Shown here: positions 13,083 to 24,000 of the stretch, piece after piece
Numbering within the stretch: the stretch's first letter is position 1
Layout: every line of letters starts with the position of its first letter
NCBI GenBank assembly: GCA_002633005.1
Contig: NMRA01000107.1
Coordinates: 165,492-229,491 of the forward strand
Length of the DNA: 64,000 nucleotides
Direction: 5' to 3'
From: Phoronis australis
Lineage: Eukaryota > Animalia > Phoronida
Position numbers and translations under genes: made by a program
The notes under the pieces: model-generated
Seen by the model: the letters and a program-made list of their open reading frames with translations, nothing else
What the model was told of the DNA's origin: nothing
Database searches by the model: none

Positions 13083-15439
13083 CTGATGCAACTTCCTGAT
13101 CAGACACTGATGCAACTTCCTGCGAAGACAGTGTTTTATATGTCATTACACCATCAGCACAACAGACCACTTGTGCCACATCAAGCGTTTGACAAGAATT
13201 CCATGGAATGGTGGTATTTTTGTTCTGTTGCATTTTACTGACAGAAGACATTAAACAAACAAACACTGGAGAAGACTGCAGACTAGAACATGAAAACAGA
13301 ACAAACAAGAATGTGACATTCACACCACAATTCACAGCTTGTCCTGTGACACATCACCTCCATGACTCACATACAGGCTGAACATGAGACTCTGTTCAGA
13401 AAAAATAATACCACGAGGTGCTCCAGGAAGCTTACTTTTTCTGTTCATTCAGTAAAACTATATTTTCTGAGAACTAGAAAGCCTGTAGAATTTTGTTCTT
13501 ACTTTATAACAAAATACCATTGATTCACGTGAAAATATATTCATAGGACACTCGTTCACCTGAGAGGAAATATGTACCTGTGCCTTTTGAGAGGGGTTTT
13601 GTTTGGTGGAGAGGATAACTTCCCAGGCGTAGTCACCACCAGGCCTCTACCCCCAGGACACCAATCCTCATTATGGCTCAAATTAGGCAAAACTAATGTT
13701 TTGCACAATTCTATAAAAATATAGTTGTAAGCGGTCTGATTCACATTGTACCAAACGTACACAGACCGCCCAGGTGAGACCATAGCATTAATCAAGAATT
13801 TTAACAACAAACGCCTGCATTGTTCAGTTTGTAACCAATGCATCTTTTTTCAAACACAGCGCAGTACTTCAAACATCAGCACATGTGCTGAAAAAGTCAT
13901 TCATGATGAATCACCAGCATGCAATTCTGCTTTTGGCTAAGAAAGACGGCAACAACTGTTGAGAACACAACAAGGGGACCATAAACAAGCACACCAGATT
14001 CAACATGTCTTTCAGTGTGGATTAGAGCTACTTAACTTATAACTAAAGACATCACTACTGTGTTCTTTTCAAAATGTAGAATTTCCAAAAGAGGTTTTGA
14101 TCAGGGATTTTTTGTAATTTTTGAAGTATTTTTAGAATTTGACAGTAGCATTTCAATCTTGCAAAATATCTGCATTATACACTCTAAAATTTCACATATG
14201 GTTCAAAACAACTTGGTCATTTCAAAAGATGGTTCATAGACACACCCAAAGTTGTTCTGGATACACATATTGACAGAAGGCAATTTAAAGCTGTGAACCA
14301 TGGTAACAAGTGAAAGGCACATGAACAAACAAACCTATTTCTGATGTGTTGTTCATAATTGATGTCAAGACTGCCTTCTGCACTATAAAGGTATTGATCA
14401 TTAATCATGCTGAGATAAATAGAAGTACATTGGTGAACCAATGCCACTCTTTTGTTCATGTGACTGGGCACAAATAAAATGAAATTCCCTGTCAATATTT
14501 TTGGATGATATACCTGGCCATGGAGCCAACCCATGGTCAGATGGCACCTAAACCCAGGACAGCATGCAGGAACTCACCGAGCGCGTCATGCAGTGGCAGG
14601 ATCCAGAATTTGGCGGGACCTTTGCCCCAATGAGAAACTTTCAAATAGAGACGTGGCAAACTGATCATATTGGACCGGATAAGGAGGCAATTTGTTTTTT
14701 GTTTAAAATGCATCATATCTAATCATATTCTAGTACACTGAAAAAGGGTCTATTCATCATGTCAACCATGCTTCTCCTGTGTCACCTGCTGTGGAATGGC
14801 AAACTATGGTCGGCAACTAGAGTCATTAAATTCTTTCATCTCAAACAAACACTCCCGAAATCAACATTTTACCAAATTATCTTTCGTTACGTCGTCAATG
14901 GAATCACGATACTGAGTAATTTTTGTTTTGACTGCAATCCTGCACGTGAACAGCCTCAATGATTTCTTGAATGAGACAATCACTAACGCACCATATTGGT
15001 GAAAGTGCCAGAGTTCACAAGTGCTCGAAGCTTGACCAACAAGGTCACACCTATTGCACCTGGAAAAAATGGTATCAGTGACGAATGAAATTAAATGTTA
15101 GACAGACATATTAATTAAGCGAAGTATTTATTCGAGTTGGAAGAATTTAAGGGCATCAGCAGCATCCAAAAGAAAGATGTCCTGTTATGCTTGTAATAGA
15201 AAGTTGACTTTGATGGTATAGCCAGTGTGAGGCATAATTTGCCAAAAAGCTTCCAGCCTATGACTGCCATGGGATGGCCACAGCCTGAAACAGCCGAGTT
15301 TAAGCACTGGTCGAATATAGCGGCAACTGATTTACAGAACAAGTTTCATTCACTGAATAACTTAGCTTTCTAAATCAGGGACTGCTATATTTGACCAATG
15401 CCTAGGCAACATAGCCCCTCGGCTGGCTGTCTAGGAGCT

Positions 15440-16270
15440 ACAATACTCCCCATAATATTTTGTACAAATCTCGTCCTGCGTATTTTAAACGGGTGGTAGT
15501 CCAAATCCGGTCACCGAATAAGAGATTTTCACCTTGTAAAAAAATTCATTTTACACTAAAAAATGTCACTTAAAAAAGTGCTCACTTTCTTCAACGATTT
15601 TTTCCGTTTCTATACATATCCTTAATAAAGCATGTCTAAGGAATTAAGATGACAATGCTAAAGAATTCCAACTCCACTTTTTTTGGGGTCATTAACTTTT
15701 TCAATTGATGCCATGCAAGTTAGGCCTCACAAGCAATAGACTAAGTGAAGCACGTGACCTGGTGTGCGGCACTCGCAAAAAGTAGCAAGATATCTGGTGG
15801 AATTTGCAAGACTTGTGTTCCTTGTACTATTTGTCTGTCAACAGGCGTGATTTCGCGTAACTTCCTCAAAATAGCACCCGGTGAAGGAAGCTCAAGTGAA
15901 CCGCAACAGTTTTCATAGAATTATAACTCATTGTGTATATATAAGAATGTTTCATTTAATGTTATTCCTTGCATTTTAAAATGCGGAATTTTTTATGGAT
16001 GTACACTATCTTCTTGGTCGCCGTTCACTTGAAGCACACGCCTTAAGCACAGTGTTTTAAATGATGTCACATGAGTTGGGCAACAACAAGCATGAGACTG
16101 GGTAAAGTGCATGACACTAACGACCGAGTATGGGAAAATATCTGGTGGAATTTGTAAGATTTGTATCCCTTGTACTTCGTTCGTCAACAAGCGTCACTTT
16201 GCGTAATTTCCTCAAAATGACACCCGGTGAAGGGAGCTTGAGTGAATGGCGACAGATTTTCATGGCTATG
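15440..16270. mobile_element. Dispersed repeat (non-autonomous TE); second copy at ~41720-42290
   Basis: Colinear similarity (gtattttaaa..gg..gtag.ccaaatcc; aaagaattccaac; cgtgatttc.cgtaacttcctcaaaat; ttttatgg..gatgtac); internal duplication at 16130-16270. Confidence 0.7.
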
Positions 16271-16315
16271 TTCAAATTATGTTGACTGAATGGTTATCAG
16301 GTCATGGATAGACAA

Positions 16316-16945
16316 TGACCATCATCTTTAACTGGCCACAGTAGAGACGGTGAAGCTCCTATAGGAGCTATACACGCTGGTAGCCTTTCGGCGAATTATT
16401 CTGGAGTATCTTTTTGGAGATTGAAGGGATAAAAGACACATCTACAACCTGACCTAATGTGTCCCTCTTTATAACAACGTGACTTTGATGTTTTAATCAG
16501 TGTGAGGCATAAGTCGACGAAGAGCTTCCTGCGTATGAAACTCCTGGCGTATGAAGCTCCTACAGGAGCTACTGGGCCGTACTGGGGCCAGCTAAACTTT
16601 AAAGACGAAAAGACGGTGGTCAAGAGAGTACATTAGTGACCATCATCTTTAACTGGCCACAGTAGAGATGGTGAAGCTCCTATAGGAGCTATACACGCTG
16701 GTAGCCTTTCGGCGAATTATTCTGGAGTATCTTTTTGGAGATTGAAGGGATAAAAGACACATCTGCAGCCTGACCTAATGTGTCCCTCTTTATAACAACG
16801 TGACTTTGATGTTTTAATCAGTGTGAGGCATAAGTCGACGAAGAGCTTCCTGCGTATGAAACTCCTGGAGTATGAAGCTCCTACAGGAGCTACTGGGCCC
16901 AGCTAAACTTTAAAGACGAAAAGACGGTGGTCAAGAGAGTACATT
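16316..16945. repeat. Tandem duplication of a 321-bp unit containing a fragment of the fold-back element family
   Basis: Copies start at 16316 and 16637, near-identical; contain GAGACGGTGAAGCTCCTATAGGAGCT and aacgtgactttgatgttttaatcagtgtgaggcat. Confidence 0.9.
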
Positions 16946-17048
16946 TGTTGATTACTTAAATCGAGTAATCTTGTCACTGTGTCATTGGTAGAACTATCTG
17001 GATTGTTCAATGCACCCATAATTTAATTATGACAAAAATTCAACTCAC

Positions 17049-17150
17049 CCGTAAACAATTCATACAGCCTCAGGACCAGGTAAACTCAACCACCAGGTAC
17101 AGCAACTGAACTCGGACAGAAACTCAACAGGCTCACGTCTCACACCGCCA
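17049..17150 (-). other. Putative non-coding first exon (5'UTR) of TESK
   Basis: Strong minus-strand donor GG|GTGAGT at 17048; lies next to CCGGAAGT (ETS motif) at 17151-17158. The 5' end is approximate. Confidence 0.5.
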
Positions 17151-17900
17151 CCGGAAGTCTATGCAGACGGCAAATGACAACGAAATCTTAATGAACTAAA
17201 CGAGTAAACAAAAAAACTTGTGTTCTTATGTCATTCCAGAGTTCTTGAAGATTCTCTTCAGCGAAACCTCCCCATAACAAGTGTCTCACTGAAGCCAAAC
17301 AGCGAAAGAACACAACTGACATCCTACTCGGACATCTCGTTGTTTTGTTTTGAACTCCCGTGAACTTATACAAACACGGGCATAAGTATAATTATAAAAA
17401 AAAGTATTTTATCTGAAAATCAAACTATAGAATAGTAAATCTGTTTATTTTGACAGTTTTTATGCTGCATATTGTACAATTATTAATTTTTGTGAAGCGA
17501 TTTAAGTTAAAAGAAAAGATGCAAACTATTTTAGTTGCCGTTGGTGACCCATATATTTGGCTTCACCAGCTATTGCATTTCACAGTCAGTATGCTTTATC
17601 TGTTTTCGTTACTATACTGCAGCTCTAAAATAAAAAGTTTTGAAATTTTAAGACACCAAATTCTTATTTGCAGTAAAAGATTATGTTTGGAAGTATAAAC
17701 GGCTAAACACAGTATTGACCCATTTTTATCAGTTGTTGCATTGTGGGAATTATTTTTGAGTGGCGGACATTTAAAAGTTTGAACACCTGTCGTGTTTCGT
17801 GTTTTTGTGTTTTTAGCCTGTTTAAGCTCTTAAATTTTTGTGCTCATCAAGATTTTAACCGGATTTCCCATTTCACTTAAGTTTTTGGTAATTTTGACAT
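17140..17900. promoter_or_regulatory. Candidate bidirectional promoter region, TESK (-) / RAVER (+)
   Basis: Lies between the putative TESK first exon and the RAVER ATG (17902). ETS motif CCGGAAGT 17151-17158 and AGACGGCAAA 17165-17174. Confidence 0.45.
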
Positions 17901-17901
17901 C

Positions 17902-18000
17902 ATGACACTGCAATTTCATGAGGAGATAGCAAGAGCGAAGTGTGAATTTTTCAAACGGAGAGAAATCGTAATCAAGAATTTGCCACCGGTGACGTATCAG
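17902..18000 (+). CDS. RAVER1: RAVER exon 1 ([33 protein letters not shown])
   Basis: In-frame stop upstream at 17878-17880; donor CAG|GTGAGA; aligns with RAVER1 RRKILIRGLPGDVTNQ. Confidence 0.8.
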
Positions 18001-21000
18001 GTGAGAACAAATAAGTTCAAAAATGCTTCCTTGATTACATTTTATAAAGTCACAGACTTTCAATAAACCTCCTTTGCTGAGATAAAATTGTTGGTCTAGA
18101 TTTACCGTTTGCAAGTGGGTGTAGACAATTCCACTTGTAGCCTTAATCTCTACATCTAGCTGGCCCTACTGAGTGTAGGCAATGAACATCGCCTCTGTTG
18201 GCCTGAACCAGAGGCGATGCAGAGGCTATAGGCGCTCTGTATGCCGGAAGGTTTTCGGCGAATTATGCCTCGCACCAACTAAACCATCAAAGTCACGTTG
18301 TTATAAATACCTTTTGCGCATAGAGGAACACCTGAGGAGGTTGTCGATGTGTTTAATTCCTTCCAACTCGAATAAATAAATACTCCCATTATCAAACTTT
18401 TTCTTCGAGCAGTCCCTATTTCAGTTCCCAAAATCGTGAACTCACCATTTTTATACTGCGCACGCTCCAATTTTTACCGCCCTCGCTAGGTGATGTGACT
18501 TCATGACCTCAATCTTTAAATAGGCCAAAGGTGAGCCATTGCGGTCTTTTCAGTCAAATGTTCGTTTCCAAAATGCCACCACTTATACTTGTCTTTAATT
18601 GGCGTTACTTGAAACTGATTGTATTTCAATTGTTTGAATTTGATAAAAATAAATGCTGTTGATATGACATTTAATAGTCTTTGTACACATATTTGACATT
18701 TTAATGTTTAACAACACGGCAAATGCACGTCTGGTTCCCGGCAGCACGTACGCGGAGGGCGGGAACAGGCCTTTATGCAGCGTACGTCCTGGGCGTCCAA
18801 AGGGACGCCCTAGCACTAATCTGGACGCCCTGGCAAGGACGCCCAATGTATCATTTGGACACCCAATGTCAATAGGAACCTTTCAAGTTTGGACTCACAC
18901 ATTGTAATGAATACTAAGAAGCCTCTGAAGGCTCACAGTGGGGGCTCTTTTTTCAAAGCAGGAAGAAATATACAATGTACATACAAAGTATATGCATTGT
19001 TGCTATTTTGACACTTGATTGACAGCATTGTAAAAGTCTTGGTGTACACAGTTTTTTTTTAGTAAAAATGCTCACCATAGAAGGCTGTTTTATAAACTTA
19101 GATGTAAAACCTTGATCTATACATTTTTTGAAAAAAAATCTGTGTGTTTGGGGGTATTGCTGGGGGTGGGGGGTTACGCTTCGGAATCATGGACGCCCTG
19201 GAATATTGGGAACCCCATTTTGGACACCCTATTTTCAAAATCCTGGATAAAGGCCTGGGCGGGAACTTCAGCTTTCAAAGTTCGCAGGTAGGTCTGCAAC
19301 TTCTGACCTTCGGCCTGGTTAAAAAAATGAAAATGTTGATTTCACGATTTTGGGAACTGAAATAGGGACTGCTCGAAGAAAAAGTTTCATAACGGGAGTA
19401 TTTGTTTGAGTTGGAACGAATTAAACACATTGACAACCTTCTAAGGTGTTCATCTATGTGCAAAAGGTATTTATAACAACGTGACTTTGATGGTTTAGTC
19501 TGTGCGAGGCATAATACGCCGAAAAGCTTCCGGCGTACAAAGCGCCTATAGCCTCTGCATCGCCTTTGGTTCGGGCCAACAGAGGCGATGGTCATTGCCT
19601 AGCCCTACTGTAGTGTAGTACTGGAGACGGTGAAGCTGCCATAAGCTCTGCATGCCGAAAGCTTTTCGTAGAATTATACCTCACACTGTTTAAAACATCA
19701 GTTACGTTGACCAGTATAATTACCTTTACGCATAGAGGGACAACGGAGGAGGCCGTCTATGTGTTCTAATTCTAACAAGTCCATGTCTTCTAACTCTAAC
19801 AAGTACTCCCATAATCAAACTTTGTCTTTGAACAGTCCTCCGTTCAGTTGCACAAATCATCAACTGGCTATCTTTAATACTGCACGCGCCAGGAGATATG
19901 ACGTCAGTGGCGGATCTACGTTTTCAGTAAGGGGGGTTTAGGATTCCCGCAAAGGTCGAATCCGAGGCGCGTGGTGCCGAGCTGGGGGGATCTTGGGAGG
20001 AGGGTTTCCCCTGAGTAAGACAATTTTTTTGTTTTTGTAGCCAAACAGTGAAATTTCCATGTATCCTGGTAAGTTTCTGACACTTAACACGTTTCTGGAG
20101 TTTTTCTTAAGATAATTAAAAACCCTTCTCGATTTCGTCACATGAACTTGTCTCATAAGTTTCATGAAACCATATTTGTGTACATCTGGGTATGAGTCAC
20201 ACCACCAGCAAAAATTTTTGTTGGAACATCTGCTTACGCACACCTTTTTAGCATACAAAAAAGTGTGGTGTGTATACAGGGGTTTAAACAACTACCAAAT
20301 ATTTAAAAGCATAAGGAGCACTGACGGGGCCTAAAAACTTGAATATCAGGGCCCGGTCTCCAATCTCCGTACTCAGACTCATACTCATACTCGAGATTTC
20401 ATACTCAAAGTCGTGCTCACTGGAGTCGTACTCAAAAAAGCGTATCTAATGTCGTATTTCGAGTAGACTCCAAACGTACTCAAATCTGACACTCATACTC
20501 GAGTTGCTATGGAATTCTTTATGATGTGAAATGCAAAATCACGCAAAGCCGCGCTGATTCATCGCTCCCTATTGGAATAGACCACCCCAGGAACTAGGCC
20601 TACATTATCGTCTGCTGTCGCTACAACTACAAGAGTATGTCTATAACGTGGAATTCTGAGTGTTCTGTAACTGTTATTCATTTTTTAGTTTCAATAAATA
20701 TTCTTATGCCATTTCTTTGATACATTTGGCAATTATTAAGCTTTACTTCTTGAGTTCCTCACCCAGTCCCGAAAATGTCTTAAGAAATATGTAACAGCTT
20801 ATCACATCACATCTCTGTTGCTAATTTAGTCTTGACATAAAACCCATTGCTGTGTAGGCCTACGCTGATGTCAAACTTTGATACTGTATCTTTGTATTTT
20901 ACCGGGATGTATCAAGTGAGTTGACATTTGGCACGTGAGTTAAAAAACAATACTTGTGCAGGCATTCAGAGTTCACCAGTGGCAGTGAACGGGACGAGAC

Positions 21001-24000
21001 GTCTACTTAGAAATCGGCAAACAAAATCTGGAATTCCGTTTGTGGATTGAGGAATTATAGATGACTAAGTTATGATGAGAAATGTACCTCGTCTTTTGGA
21101 AACCCTACAAAACGTAGGCACACATACCGAAATAAGGGCAGCACAAACTTCTCACACGACTTTTCCCACAACTGCTTTCGACGCTTGTTATGACTCGCCG
21201 ACAAGGGATTACAATGCGCCTGTTGCCAGGAATTGTAGAGGTAGAATGGCGGCCATAACATACAGTGATACGGCGGGTTAATAAGGTGAAGAATAAGAAG
21301 ATTTAAGATGAAAACTATTATCTCTGAACTGAAATTGAAGTGCTGAGATACGGTAAGAGGACTTATTTTTTTAGATTTGCTGTGTTTCTTGGTTCCCTTT
21401 CGATATTTTGTTCTCTGGCTCGTATTTATTTTCGAGTACGATTTCAAGCACACTGCCATACCAAACTTGAAATTTGAGCATAGACTCCGAATTTTTACTC
21501 AAAATCGTACTCGAAATATAGATGAGATACACTTCAGTTCGAGTACACTCGAAAACTGAGTACGTGCTCGAAATTTAGAGTACAGATTTTTCGATTATGA
21601 CATTGAATACACCAAAGCTGAGTCTGTACTCGAGTTGATTATAAAGTGTGAGTTTGAGCATGATTCGAGTCTGAGTACGGAGATTGGAGACCGGGCCCAG
21701 ATGATCGCAACTGCCTCGAGCTGTTTAAGAACGAAGACCTGAACTGGCAAACCATGGTGCTCTCAGCTCATCTGTTATTAAAAGCGACTATATATTAAGT
21801 TTCACTTTATTAAGCTGAATCACGTTGACAAAAATTGGAAAACATCAAATGTATCAGGAAACAAATCATCTGAAAACAGTTTCAGGAAACCAAAATATTC
21901 TGTACACCGTGGTGAAAAGGTATACAGGACCAGTTCGCAAAGGGACCAGATGTACACTGAGAGTACAGGAAAAAGCTGGCCTGGTCCGTCACGAGACCAA
22001 AAGTACACCTGTGCTTATTATCCCTATAAAAATAGTCGATCGCGTGGGACCAAACAGTACTGACTGAGATAAATAGTTTTACAAAGCACAAAACATCACA
22101 AGACTAGTTTGCCGAGGGACCAGAAGTACACTACACTGAAACTCAATATCTACACAAATCAAGCTGGTCTGGTCCGTTGCGAGACCTAAAGTGTACTTTG
22201 CAAAAAACTTTGATTTGAAAACTTCTCTCTAGACACTTTTTAATCCCCAGTGGTTGCTCATAGGTGTATTTTACACATCTAGTGGTCAACTGCTGCTAGA
22301 GGTTGTCTAGGAAGGGGTTTCGCACAGTTCTGTAGTACTCACTGGAAGAAACAACTATTGAGTACAGATTTAACTACGCACTATGTGAAATAGATTTTGG
22401 ATATGAAGCAGATAGACTCAAGTGGAAATACAAACCAGAATCAGTTTTTGTGCGGTCGTAGACCCTTTGCTGTACTGGGTAAATTTGGCATGTCCAAAAA
22501 TAATTTCTATTTCGTTTTCATTGTACACCAGCATAAAAAACCGACGTTATATACAAACTGTGTAGAATCATAACTAATTACCTGGGTGTTTTTCCAGAAA
22601 CGTTGGTCCTATTTTTCTGTTGTCTAGACTGCCAAGGAATCTGTACATCGAATCCAATGGTTTGCTCGTCTTGGAACCATTCTACCCAGATATCTTCGAT
22701 GTTTGTTCCCAACACGTGCACTTCGTCAACTGCTGTATCAATGAGCTTGTAAGCCTCTACAATGTCAGCATCTCGTTTCGTAGCTAAGTTGGCACTAAGC
22801 CCCTGAGGTTGCCAAGTCCATTCAAAAGACTTAAGCATGCGCAACTAAATTTGATCCGTTCATCATGGACTACTTCAAACCTTGACGATGTATCCCTGGA
22901 CCTATTTGCATCTCTTGCAATTTTTGAAATAAACATCCCAATGTTTGAACGCTTGAAACCCGAAGTACTAACATCAAATAAATGACCATAGGCATGCGCG
23001 TTTCGTCGGGTGGGCCTTTCTGCAGAAATTCCCAGTATTGAAAGTGGCAGTGGTGCTTATTGCAGGTAGAAAGACGGTAGGTGTTGAGGTCGGCACTAGG
23101 GCTCTTTAGGAGGCCTATTGAACATCGCATGAGTCCCACAAGACTTTGTTGTTAAAGTACAGCCTCCCCGCAGTTTCTGGTACTGTACACTGTTCGGTAA
23201 TGCGGTCACTTTTTCAATGTGAGTGCCCCCTTGGCAGGCCTTTATCCAGGATTTTGAAAATAGGGTGTCCAAAATGGGGTTCCCAATATTCCAGGGCGTC
23301 TATGATTCCGACGCGTAACCCCCCANCCCACCCCCAGCAATACCCCCAAACACACAGATCAAGGTTTATACATCTAAGTTTATAAAACAGCCTTCTATGG
23401 TGAGCCTTTTTACTAAAAAAAATGTGTAGACCAAGACTTTTACAATGCTGTCAATCAAGTGTCAAAATAGCAACAATGCATATACTTTGTATATACATTG
23501 TATATTTCTTCCTTCTTTGAAAAAGAGTCCCCACTGTGAGCCTTCAGAGGCTTCCTAGTATTCATTATAATGTGTGAGTCCAAACTTGAAAGGTTCCTAT
23601 TGACAGTGGGCGTCCAAATGATACATTGGGCCTCCTTGCCAGGGCGTCCAAATTAGTGCTAGGGCATCCATTTGGACGCCCAAGACATACGCTGCATAAA
23701 GGCCTGCCCCTTGGTCATTCCTTGTATAGACATAAGTTGTTAGAGTGCATCTTCAAACAGAATCGCGACCAGACCACGGCGCCCGCCACAATAGCAATTC
23801 TTCGGAAAACGATTTTTTCAAAAATATTACATGTACACTGTATGGTATTGCGCAAGACAACTGCTATACACCAGTCAAATTCGAGTTACAAACATGTGGA
23901 ATGTAATAGGATGACACGGCAGGACAGATGAGGTAAAAACGTTGCATGTCAGTTTGACTGAATATCAGGGTTGCGGCACCACAGTATTTCCCCTAATCAA

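Noticed and set aside
18182-19595. Similar short ORFs on opposite strands (18182-18379, 19275-19595) suggesting a duplicated gene
   Set aside because: They are the two arms of a fold-back element; frames are not conserved among family copies.
21070-21459. ORFs inside the Harbinger element as a transposase or Myb/SANT protein
   Set aside because: Only a faint LADKG-like string near 21195; no continuous recognisable domain.
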